Below, one piece after another: positions 26,716 to 36,759 of a DNA stretch of 64,000 nt; the stretch's first letter is position 1, and every line of letters starts with the position of its first letter. The stretch lies in NCBI GenBank assembly GCA_964016885.1, contig OZ024741.1, positions 222,146,001 to 222,210,000 on the forward strand. Direction: 5' to 3'. The translations under genes and the position numbers were made by a program. This DNA is from Eledone cirrhosa. Its lineage: Eukaryota. The notes under the pieces are model-generated. The model saw nothing but the letters and a program-made list of their open reading frames with translations, was not told the DNA's origin and did not search any database.

Positions 26716-27176
26716 TTGTATGACGGATGGAAGTTGCTCAAATTAAGTTTTTTTCGAAATGAATGAGTGTAATGAAAGAACATTTATATTTCGCGTTATT
26801 CTATATGCCTATCTAAAATGTTCTTTCATTAAACACTCTGAAATATGTTCTATATATATATATATGTTCTATATATATATATATATACTTGAATATATAT
26901 CTATTGATATATCTATTGATGGTATACAAGCTCCTACATAAATTGGTATAATTTCACCCAAATTGTAGGAATCCTATAATGAAACGAGACGTCCGTCTGG
27001 GAAGAGATATATTCGATATGTCTCATATGAAATAATACAGCCAATTTTCCACGCAATACCTTTAGTTAGCACCCCGAACGCATAATTGGGAATATAATCA
27101 CTTATTTCCTAATGTTTGTTGAGTGAGTTGGAATTTGGCCGGAGTATCGCTAAAAAGCTTTCTCCGATATTGTATT

Positions 27177-27208
<32 letters not shown>

Positions 27209-29043
27209 TCACTCACTCGTTTCGAAAAATCATTTTTTTTTTCAAAAAAGTGCGAAATATAAATATGTTCTTTCATTACACTCACTCATTTCGAAAAAAA
27301 AAAAATTTTTTTCTTTCAAATTACGTCCCTTACATCAGTTCGTTATTCTATACGTCTACCTCCTATTATTCAGAAACTTATAATCCAGAGTTATTATGCC
27401 GCTACTAGCTACACAGATGGTCAGATAGGAAAGCTGCTCTCATCATTGGATACTTATGGCTTTGGTAACAACACTATCATTTCACTTATAGGAGATCATG
27501 GTAAGTTGTAATTCAGTTAATCATTTCTCTGGGACTTTTTAGTTGTGTCAAGGGTACAACAACATTGGTGACATGATAAAATGAACCAAGTACACTCTGT
27601 ACAGTAGTTGATGGTAGGAAGGGCACTCGGCTATAAAAAAAACCTGCCAAATAATGGGTTGAGAAGATTCTTCACTTGTGTCAAGGGCACAACAACACTT
27701 CTTGTGTTGGTGACATGATAAATTGCATCCAGTACACTCTTTCTTTTTGGTATTAGTAATGTTAGGTGTGCCACTGTCATTCTGTACACACTTTACACCC
27801 CCTCCTTCATGATGCCTCAACATTCAGTGTCATCATCATCATCATCACCGTTTTACGTCCGTTCTTCCACGCTAGCATGGGTTAGACGGGTTGTCCTGTT
27901 GTGGGCAGTGTCTGGTCGGCTGACCATGCCTTGCTTATACAGGAACTGATCTGGCTTGATTTCTACAGCTGGATGCCCTTCCTAACACCAACCTCATTTA
28001 CAGTGAGTGCTGGGTGCTTTTTCGTGGCGCCTACACGTCCACTTTACAGTGTGGGCTGGGTGCTTTTTTGCCGTGGCACCTCCACGACCACCTTGCGGTG
28101 GGGGGGGGGGGGGGGGGGGGCATATTGTTTATATGCTTCAGCATGTACCCATGAGAGGTCAGTGTGCCACTATCATTCTGTACACACTTTACTCCACTCC
28201 CCCTATGATGCCTCAAGTAATGTTAAGTGTGCCACTGTCATTCTGTACATATTTCTCTCCTCCAAAACATCTCAGCTCTCTGTTGTTGTTTATTATTTAT
28301 GTTATTGAAACATCTACTTTTCCATTTCAGGCTGGGTTCTTGGTGAGCACCAGGCATGGTCCAAATTTTCTAACTTTGAGGAAGCAGTTCGAATCCCTTT
28401 TTTACTACATATACCTGGTGCAACTTCAAAGGCTTCTGTACCTGGTTTCAATTTTCCCTTTCTAGATTCACTCAAGTTTTTTAACAAGTCTAAAAGCGTG
28501 AAAAAATCTACTGAATTTTCTGTACCTTTCATTAAAAAATCTTCCTTTGTCAGTAATGTGTTTGTGGAACTGGTTGATATGTTTCCTACCTATGCAGAGC
28601 TTGTTGGTCTACCGTTACCTAAACTATGTCCACGGAACTCATCCCTAGTTAAGGTGTGTACAGAAGGAGTGAGCTTAGTCAAAGTTATCAAGGAAACTCT
28701 AGAATCTTCAAAAATACCCAGGATTATCAGCCAGAAGTGGAAGAAAGCAGCATTTAGTCAGTATCCCCGGCCCTCACATTTTCCCCAATCAGACAGCTTA
28801 CTGCCACATTTAAAGGACATCAAAATTATGGGCTATTCAATGAGAACAAAGTACTATCGATACACAGAATGGGTAGGCTTCAATAACATTGACTTTACTC
28901 CTGTATGGCAAGACCTACATGCAACTGAGTTATACAGTTTTGACTCTTCTGACTATAATAGAGCGATAGACCCAAAGTATGCATCTTTAGTTAGAGAGTT
29001 ATCAAATAAACTTCATGCTGGCTGGAGAGCAGCTTTACCTTAG
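8923..29043 (+). CDS. IDS: Iduronate 2-sulfatase, spliced CDS join(8923-9062,10418-10595,11738-11826,16372-16588,21222-21382,27374-27500,28331-29043); 5' coding exon not firmly identified
   Basis: Exons have AG/GT borders and join in phase (1-0-1-0-1-0-1). The translation has [12 protein letters not shown], the sulfatase signature [70 protein letters not shown] and RYTEWVGF, all characteristic of IDS. Confidence 0.95.
9140..9710 (-). mobile_element. Decayed mariner transposase remnant
   Basis: Minus strand reads [27 protein letters not shown] and [17 protein letters not shown], with stops and frameshifts. Confidence 0.8.
9960..10300 (+). mobile_element. Probable second mariner C-terminal remnant
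   Basis: FQKELNAL...IAFNGDYV resembles the mariner C-terminal GDYV motif. Confidence 0.4.
10418..10595 (+). CDS. IDS: IDS catalytic exon (QAVCGPSR...KVFHP)
   Basis: tagCAG acceptor, CxPxR formylglycine motif, GTATGT donor at 10596. Confidence 0.95.
10615..10955 (+). repeat. (TTTACAAT)n 8-bp satellite
   Basis: Seen directly. Confidence 0.92.
11040..11665 (+). repeat. Approximately 17-18-bp minisatellite (CCCTGATARTTATATA)
   Basis: More than 30 degenerate units. Confidence 0.92.
11738..11826 (+). CDS. IDS: IDS exon ([30 protein letters not shown]); absent from the ORF track
   Basis: ttttcAG acceptor, GTAAAG donor, 89 nt, phase-consistent. Confidence 0.92.
12484..14570 (+). mobile_element. 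Penelope-like element, Naiad-like clade; frameshifted and 3'-truncated, with an inverted 5' repeat
   Basis: NIPIPS..Y...LI...[58 protein letters not shown](P/R)[26 protein letters not shown]; inverted repeat arms at about 12484-12622 and 12658-12785. Confidence 0.8.
14850..15110 (+). repeat. Degenerate tandem repeat, unit about 80-90 bp
   Basis: CTTCAGTATTACCTATGT...TGACAGTGTATAA, three to four copies. Confidence 0.7.
15389..15941. mobile_element. Non-autonomous Helitron-like pieces
   Basis: Hairpin plus CTAG (15389-15426; related hairpin at 550-585); TCTATATAT...TGTCTGTCTG 5'-type ends at 15427 (+) and 15941 (-). Confidence 0.5.
16372..16588 (+). CDS. IDS: IDS exon ([18 protein letters not shown]...[16 protein letters not shown])
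   Basis: ttttAG acceptor, GTAAGT donor at 16589. Confidence 0.93.
17040..17422 (+). mobile_element. Helitron 3' remnant with a PIF1-like helicase C-terminus
   Basis: 17049-17237 translates to [62 protein letters not shown]; ends in CTAG at 17419-17422. Confidence 0.88.
17423..19005 (+). mobile_element. Non-autonomous Helitron with a triplicated 5' end and an internal duplication
   Basis: TCTATACATATATATAAAATTGAAATTG three times; 3' hairpin GCCCGAGCAACGCCGGGC followed by CTAG; a similar 3' end at 4790-4820. Confidence 0.7.
19040..19250. mobile_element. Fold-back element in (TA)n with a hammerhead-like core (probable PLE pLTR derivative)
   Basis: Arms at about 19122-19170 and 19194-19241; minus strand reads CTGATGA-TTTCTCAAGAAT-GAAAC-AGTTCTA-GTC. 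Confidence 0.65.
21222..21382 (+). CDS. IDS: IDS exon ([10 protein letters not shown]...AWNPWLDL...FGPIPNHFQ)
   Basis: tttgtAG acceptor, GTAAGT donor at 21383. Confidence 0.93.
21440..21830 (+). mobile_element. SINE family A (tRNA head with A/B boxes, CORE/Meta-like middle, RTE-like 3' tail plus (GAT)n)
   Basis: TGGCTTAGTGG...GAGTT(A/C)AATTC head, TTGAGCAAGACAC middle; ends CCCTTGCAAGCAGRGAAAGCGGACGTAAAATGATGATG. Confidence 0.85.
21870..22058 (+). mobile_element. SINE family B copy
   Basis: Same sequence family as 8047-8851. Confidence 0.8.
22865..23251 (-). mobile_element. SINE family A copy, inverted relative to 21440-21830
   Basis: Reverse complement of family A. Confidence 0.85.
23692..23945. 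mobile_element. Fold-back element in (TA)n with a decayed hammerhead; relatives at 25391-25555, 45326-45460 and 60953-61002
   Basis: Arms at 23770-23824 and 23892-23946; shared GCTGAGCTC.GCCGTTTCGAC motif. Confidence 0.65.
23985..24790 (-). mobile_element. RTE-clade LINE 3' fragment with a long 3' UTR; relatives at 39620-40210 (+), 49070-49340 (-), 49420-50465 (+) and 63370-63590 (+)
   Basis: [24 protein letters not shown]; (GAT)n tail. Confidence 0.8.
27374..27500 (+). CDS. IDS: IDS exon ([22 protein letters not shown]...IGDH); absent from the ORF track
   Basis: attcAG acceptor, GTAAGT donor at 27501, 127 nt, DH metal ligands. Confidence 0.93.
28331..29043 (+). CDS. IDS: IDS terminal coding exon ([16 protein letters not shown]...AGWRAALP*)
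   Basis: tttcAG acceptor; open frame from 28333 continuous with ORF 28498-29043; TAG stop. Confidence 0.93.
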
Positions 29044-29382
29044 AATAATTACTTGAGTGTTAATATACTGTAATATCATCCAAGATGTGGTTATAGTTAT
29101 CTGACCATGTCTTGTCTCAGAATGTGACCTGACCAACCCATGCCAGCATGGAAAACAGACATATGTTGTTCCACCTCTCATCCTGATGTTTAACTTTGCC
29201 CTCCATCCATTTGTAACAATATGATTGGAACTACTTTCGTGTGCTTGTGTATTGTGCTTAATATCTCAGCACACACCTTCTCACAATGGAACTACTTTAC
29301 ACATGTATGTGTGATGTGTCTATTTTTTTCTCAGTTTTTGCCCAATTTTCTGTCATAACATGTAAATAGTTTATGTAGTATA

Positions 29383-29388
29383 AATAAA
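29383..29388 (+). terminator. Candidate polyadenylation signal of IDS
   Basis: AATAAA about 340 nt downstream of the stop codon. Confidence 0.4.
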
Positions 29389-29860
29389 ATACCTGTTACA
29401 TTACCATTACATCACATGGAATGAAGTATGCAAGAGAGACAATTATACTGGTATGATCATGTGATGTGTAAGAACAGCAAGAGTTGTGTAGTGACCTACA
29501 TTCCGCGGGCTCACATACATTCTCTGTGCGTGATTTGGCTCAGCTCAGCCAATCAGCGCCAGTAGAAGAGGATGTATCCCTACGCGCCCTGAGGGAGAAA
29601 ATCCCCGCGAAGATTTGAAGAATCTCTCTCTCGCACCCGGAACTAGGAACCAGCAACACGTACAACATGTGACGGTGAGATTTTGCACTTTGGCCTGCCG
29701 GCTTTCCGGCACAATGGCACATTCCCTTTTGTAACCTCATTTTATGTGTAACTTCAACCATACAAGTTAACAAACATTATTTGTGCTACAACAAAAATAA
29801 ACATACATTTCATCTCTAATTTCTGCTGTTGACATCATTATTATGTTACTCGTGTGTAAA

Positions 29861-30052
29861 GGCGGTGGATTGGCAGTAATGGTAGAGGGTCGGACGCCAT
29901 GCTTTCCAGCATAGTTACGTCCCTTTACGATCTGAGTTCAAATCCCGCTGAGGTTGACTTTGCCTTTCATCCTTACAAAGTCGATAAAATAAAGTACCAG
30001 TAATGCACTGGGTAATTGCTGGCCTTGTGCCTAAAGTAGAAACAATTATTAT
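29861..30052 (+). mobile_element. SINE family B copy; others at 34435-34625 (-), 44917-45260 (+), 47752-47875 (+) and 63598-63962 (-, two copies); decayed cluster at 50680-51490
   Basis: Near-identical to the other family B copies. Confidence 0.85.
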
Positions 30053-31199
30053 GTTACTCGTGTCTCAATAACATTTATACACTATGCTGCTAAAGTTGTA
30101 TAAAAAAAGTACTGAATGCTTGAAGTGGATGGAATCTGTGGAAGTTAACTGTCAACAGACCAATATGGCTAGAGCTGTGAATCACAAACACACACATATA
30201 TGTACACACAACACTTTAATATATCTATATACTACTAAATTTCTGATTGAGTGCTTGTCTGTAATTTAATACCGCCAAAACGGCACATAATGGGAAAATA
30301 CTTTGAAAGGAAGTTGCCCCTGAAATGAGAATACAAATGGAATAAAACAAGTTTCGCGTAAATTGGAGCACGGGTTTCTGAGATAAGGGGTTTTTCTGGG
30401 TACCTTCATAAATATATAGAGAGAAAGAGATAGTGGTTGTGGGAGAGTAGATTGAAAGAGAGACATAGAGAGAGAGACAGAGAAGGAAAATAGAAGAGAA
30501 AGAGAGCTGGTGGTGTTGAATGAAATAGCAAGTGACTTCAAAGAATCAAATACAACATTACTGTATCGATTTGTGTAGTGAATATTTCCTGCTAAATAGG
30601 AAGGGTTTCTAAGTGTGTGTATATATATATGTGTGTGTGTGTCTGTGACCAGTGTATATAGGTCACAAACACCCACACATATACATATATGGGCCTTTCA
30701 ATTTCATTGTATATTATATTCATGTCTGTGTATATTTTAATTATTTAAAAATTATTTTTAAGTGAACATGACCCAGAGTCACAGGTGGTCTAGTATACAC
30801 ATATATGCATGCATATATGTATATATATGTGTGTGTATGTATGTATATCAAATAATAAATGAGGAAAGAATAGACAAAAATATATCTATTTTTTCTCCAA
30901 AGTCCCGACTGCAGTTTCGCTGACTGGTTTGCAGCAATTGTGCACCAGGGCTGCCGGCTTTTCAAGAAACCCCTCAAGTGAATGGACTCCTTTTTGAACT
31001 GACTGTTACAAGTGAATAATTCTTGGGAGGGAGAAATTATCATGTGGTATAGCGGTCACAAAAGGGAGGTAAAAGCTGGGCGTTCGGCGAGTACCACGTA
31101 TATATTTATACTTATGTATCTCTGTGTGTGTATGTTATTATTATTTTGTTTCAACTCCCTTATGGTAGAGTAAAATAGGCGGATGCTAACTGCTTTTTC

Positions 31200-31760
31200 T
31201 AACAAATGTAGTACTTGTTGAACATCCACTTTTTACATCCCTTCTCTGACCACTATAATCATTGAAACATTGCATGTAGGTGGTTTTTTTATACATAAAG
31301 AGTGTTTTTAATAGAGAACTCCAGGAACGAGATGAGGCCTGCTAATGGAAAGTCTGCTATGAGTCTCTGTCCTTCCTCCAGGCACTGTTGAACTGAGAGT
31401 ATGGCCCCAGCTGGTGAGCATGGAGCGTACATCTAGGCTGAATGCATAATTGTTGTTTTTACTATCTTATTGGGGATTTTATGAAGGAGTTCAATAAGCT
31501 GCTGGCTATTTTCAAGATTGGGCATACTTTTAAATAGGTTAGATCTCTGGTCTCTGGTCTTTAGGATGTCCTGGCATCGTCTATCAACTCTATTTTTGTA
31601 TGGATCATCTGTTGTCAGTGGTTTGGAATACCCCTTGCAGGGGTAGGGCTTGAGTTTTTTGTTGTGTTTGTGTTCTGCCTTGCTGTCTTTGGTGAGTTGA
31701 TGTGTCCACAGAAGCATTCTAGAGATGGAGGTGGTGAGTTTCTGTTCTGGGAGCAAACTT
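31200..31760 (-). mobile_element. Decayed Penelope-like RT remnant
   Basis: Minus strand reads ENSQQLIELL...FSLDVRSMLT...AI..V...LISFLEFSIKNT, resembling PLE RT motif A (SLDV.SLFT). Confidence 0.5.
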
Positions 31761-33650
31761 TTGTCCTTTGTCTAGCAGTGATAATTCTTCTGCAGTGAAT
31801 GTTTCCGAGAGGTCCATGACCATTGGGCTGCGTACTATGGAAGTGACTGAGGATGTCATGAGTATATTTGTGGTTGTGTTGTTGTTGGTATTTGTAGTGT
31901 GGGGTGTGATGTGTGTGTTGCTGTATGTGTGTGTTTTATGCGTGGTGTGTTTGGTGTTGTATGTATTGTGAAGGCTTCATCTGCTGTTCCTTGTGTCTGT
32001 TTTGTGGGAAAGTCTGTTTTTCGATCTGCGGAAGAGACGTTCAAATTTGGTGTTCAATTTCATTGAGTAGCGTTTGCATGTCATTTAGTTGATTTTCTGG
32101 ATTAAATGTGACCTATGCATCCCTCAGTTGACTAGCATGTGGGAGATTTTCTTGTTGAGGTGTTGAAGCTTTTTGTATTTTTCTTGAATCATTTTGTTGA
32201 TGATATACTAACAGATGTTGAGATACACCAATGCATTATTTATATATATTAGCAAATGTGCATATGGGAAAACAGATATAATTGACAAATGAATACAAGC
32301 ATCTATTCTCTTCAGTCACCCCTTGAAAACACAATTTCATACGGGCCAACTTATGTAAGAATCTTTAAGTTATGTTTAAACATTTTATAATGAGAAAGTT
32401 GGTTATATTACCAAATCCCTCTAAATTTTTTGTTTTCAAAATTATATGAAGACCATAGACCATACATGTCAAACATGTGGCTTGTGGCCCTTTACAAGCA
32501 TACCTGCGGCCCACACAAAGGTTTTTACGGAGCGAGCATGTTTTATCTTTGTAATATAAAATTTAAAAAATTAGTTTTAATGTGTGCAATAAGTTGTTGT
32601 GTGTGGCCCTCAGACAACACATATGTGACCCATGTGGCTTTCGGGGGGATCCTCAATTTGACATGCCTGCCATAGACAATGTCTTTCATTTGAAAAAACG
32701 TTAAGAAAGGGGCTAAAGAAATGTATGGCACAATTGACCCAAAAATTTGAAAGGTAATGTAAATTAGTTAACCCCTTAGATACCAAATCACCTGATAAAA
32801 ATATTTGTTTCAAAGGGTTTATATTTAACTAAAAACCTTCTATAATAATTTTATGTGAGAACCTTTAAGTTACATTCTAAACACAAGTTTAATAATGAGA
32901 AAATTATATTATTAAATCCCTCCAAATTATTTGAAAATCAGACAGAAATATGGACACACACACATATATAGATACACACACACACACATATATATACACA
33001 TACATATATAATATCATGGCTAGAAGCACTACTTTCATACATCTGTGTGGATACATGGAATAAGTATTTCAGCGACATCTATTGAGAAGAGAAAAATGAA
33101 TGGAAGTATAGTTTAAAATAAAATGTCATTTGGAGAGAATTTGGTTACAGCATATATTTATTTTAAGGTGTTTATATTTTCTCGGTGATGATAACAAACA
33201 CCTCACAAACAATGTAGATAGGCAAAATTGAAAATGTTGCTTATCACTATTTGGTTATCAATAACCACCTTACTCTCTCCCACATCATGTAGGCTGCAGT
33301 AAATGTGAGGGTCACTGCTTCCATAGCTAAACGGAATAAAATTCTAAAATACAAGGCTCTAGCAAATATTTTTACCAGCCTGTGCCATTTGAGACGTTTG
33401 GTGGAGCTGGGCTGCTGACAGTGAAGTTCTTGTCATTATTAGCAACTTGCTTTACCGATGTGTCAGGTGATGCACATAAGGGTGCCTGGTTATGTCAGTG
33501 CCTTAGCCTTGCCTTCACGCCGCAAGCATGTTGGCAGGCCTCAAAAATTTCCAATGATCCTTGTGGTCTGTGACTGATTGATGCATTTGGTGGTGAATTG
33601 ATGTTTGCTTTTTGCTTTGATCATATATTTTTGTGCATTATATATATATA

Positions 33651-33991
33651 TGGCTTAGTGGTTAGAGCATTGGCCTTGCAATCGAAAGGTTGTGAGTTCA
33701 ATTCTCAGACCGGGTGATGTGTTGTTTCCTTGAGCAAGACACTTTATTTCACATTGCTCCAGTTTACTCAGCTTAGAAATGAGAGGATAGGGACTGGGGT
33801 CCCTATCATTCCACTGCAAAGTGGTCGTGGAGGTGCCATGGCAAAAAAGCACCCAGCACTCACTGTAAATGAGGTTGGTGTTAGGAAGGGCATCCAGCTG
33901 TAGAAATCAAGCCAGTATCAGTTCCCGTCCCACCCTTGCAAGCAGGGAAAAGCGGACGTAAAATGATGATGATGATGATGATGATGATGAT
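33651..33991 (+). mobile_element. SINE family A copy; others at 48609-48992 and 56574-56912
   Basis: Near-identical sequence. Confidence 0.85.
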
Positions 33992-34932
33992 ACGGTTCCT
34001 AGCAATAATTTATTGTATTTATTATTTCTGTCTATATTTTCATTCAGTAAGAATTATAAATAATTTGTAATGTCATTTAATCAATCATGAATAATAAAAA
34101 GCTAAGATAAAATGATGGTATTTCAAAACAAAGATTTCATATCATCTTTGGTATCACTTCTACATCTGCCGCAATCCACCAATATTTTCTATTGTTAAAA
34201 CACAATAATTTAAGAGGAAAAAAATACATCCTTTGTAATAATAGGCATGAAGCAAAGTAAAAGTAATAAGAGCTATTATTACACCTGCTAAAATTAACAT
34301 CATCGACAATGTCATGTTTCGAAGTTAAAACTAAAAAAAAAAGAAGAAAAAATTAAAACAGAAGAAACATCTGTAAAATAGTTATCTAGACTGGAATTAT
34401 AAAGGTTTCCTATCTCAATATATTCTTACAGAATAATAATTGTTTCTACGTTAGGCACAAGGCCAGCAATTACCCAGTGTATTACTGGTACTTTATTTTA
34501 TCAACCCCGTAAGGATGAAAGGCAAAGTTAACCTCGGCGGGATTTGAACTCAGAATGGCAAGGGCCGTAACTCTATGCGCCAAAGCATGGCACCCGACAC
34601 TCTACCAATACTGCCAATGCACCGCACAGAATAATAATACACACTCAATAATATATACAATACTTAATTACATAAATATTTCACGCAAAAATAAGAATCA
34701 AAGCATTAATAATGGTGTGAATGTCTCTAGGTGCCTGCAGAAACATTGGGGAGAGCACAACATTTGAAGCCTGAATTTAAAAGCCATGGCTAGGATTTTA
34801 AAGAATACCCCACCAAATATGGAGGTTCCTAAAGGATACCCCACCAAATATGGAGGTCGAACCATTCGATCTCCAATATTACCTGGAGGGTAAATAGCCC
34901 CTTTTTTTTTCTTTTTACTCTAGTCAGCCAAT

Positions 34933-36650
34933 ATGGCAATTCTAAGAGTACTGTGTATAAATGTACGTGACAATGTTTTGTCCTGGAAGTGAAGTCATTT
35001 GCTCAATGACCTCAGGTCACTAGCTATAGATGTGTCAGTTGTCAGCGTCATCAGAATTTCCAACAAGCGCGCTTTAGTCTCTTATTTTTTACGACTTTGT
35101 CGGCCTGGAATGGAAGGTGGGGTGTTATTTAAAAAAGGCCTAGATCTTAAGGTGTGGACAATCTTCCTGGACACATGGTAAGTTGGTGAACATTGATGTG
35201 AGCAATAGTGAAGGTGGTACTTTTAGACTGGTGGCTGTCTATGCCCTGACTAAGGTTGGATGACTGGATTACTTCAGGCATCTGGAAACCTTTCTAGGAA
35301 GATTTTCCCTTTACTGTTAGCAGGAGACTGGAACGGCATCTTGGACGCATGCTGGGATTGTGTAGGAGTAGCTGATATGTGGGGGGCTACAAAAGCTTCA
35401 AGAATCTGATCAGACAATTGCAACTGTCTGATAGGTACTGAATAGATTTCCTGAATGCACCAGTGTGGACCTGGACTTACCACATAGGGTCATCTAGATC
35501 GTATTTAGATAGGTTTTTGATTAGGTTACCAGATAAGGATAGCGAAGGGTGTCCATAATTTCAAATGGTTGCCTATTCAGACCACAAATTTATGATCTAC
35601 ATGGTTGACCCAAATAGAACTCATAGTATATGCATACATCACTGAGCAGGGTAGTCACTCTCACACAGATATAGGCTGAGAGAAAGCTATCCCTGAAAGG
35701 TTGGGTGGAGGTGGCAAACATGTACATTGCGTCCGTCACCTATTACCGCCTAGCATTGTGCCTTGCCCCTGTTAGCACCAAATTGGAGCACCTGCTTTTC
35801 AACTTCTTGTGGAAGGGACTGGTTCCATTGGTGAGACAGTCCATCTGCTGCCAGCATCCTCTATGCAGAGGGCTGGGCATGCTGTGGCTGATGATGTGCA
35901 AACATGCACAAATGATATCTTCAGATATCCTTAAACGGTGAACAGGTGTGGCCACTGTTTATAAGACAGATCTTTCCACAGCTCATTTCTTTGACTGAGC
36001 TGCAGGTGCCTGCCATCTAGAATGTTGCTAGACTCTTACTGCCGTCTACCAGATGGGCAATGCAGTCAGTAGAAATTCCACTCTAGAGTTCTTTGGAGGT
36101 TTAGTGGTGGGCAAGTACAATGGACGGCGCTCTTGGAGAGGTTTAGGACGTCAACAAAATCGAACTGACCAGCCTGTTCTGGAGGACTTTCGAGCCGGGG
36201 ACTATGGATAACTACCAGAAATCCCTCACTTGGCAGTGCTACTGAGGGGTACTACCGGTTCAAAATAAATTCTACAGGTGGTCAGACAGACCTGTCTGAG
36301 ATGAGTGCAGAGCAACGAAAACATTTCTGCACACACACGTCCAGTGTCCTGTACATTTACTGACTTGTGGAGTTATGTCAAACAGGTGTTATCGCATGTG
36401 GGACACATCTGGCTATCGACCGAGTCCAGGAAGGGCAGGCAGTTTTCCTCTGTCTGGTGGCTGTAGCGAAAGAGGTTGTGTGGTGGATAAGGCTGAAAGG
36501 ACTGAAGACAGACATTTTTCTTTTCAGCCAATCACTCAACTTTTTCAAGTTTTACTTGGAAAGGAAGGTAAGGGTGGAGAGGGAAGTGCAGCCCCCCCCC
36601 CCCCGTAAATTTGCTAAAAGGGTGGGTAAATGTTGTGAGGATGGCCTGTG
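34933..36650 (+). mobile_element. Decayed Tx1/L1-clade LINE ORF2 with the RT core deleted
   Basis: CINVR, RLVAVYA, LAGDWNGILD, YLDRF, SDHK (APE endonuclease) run directly into LSLKG..EVANMYI, LFNFLWKG and GLGM (post-RT region). Confidence 0.65.
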
Positions 36651-36759
36651 AAGGCTGGCTGATTTGGAGAGGAGAGAGATGCCCTCCTAGGGTGCTCTTG
36701 GAGCATTGGGTAATTGAGGATTGATGGGGTTCCTGAATCGCCCTTCAGTGGTTCTCCCC

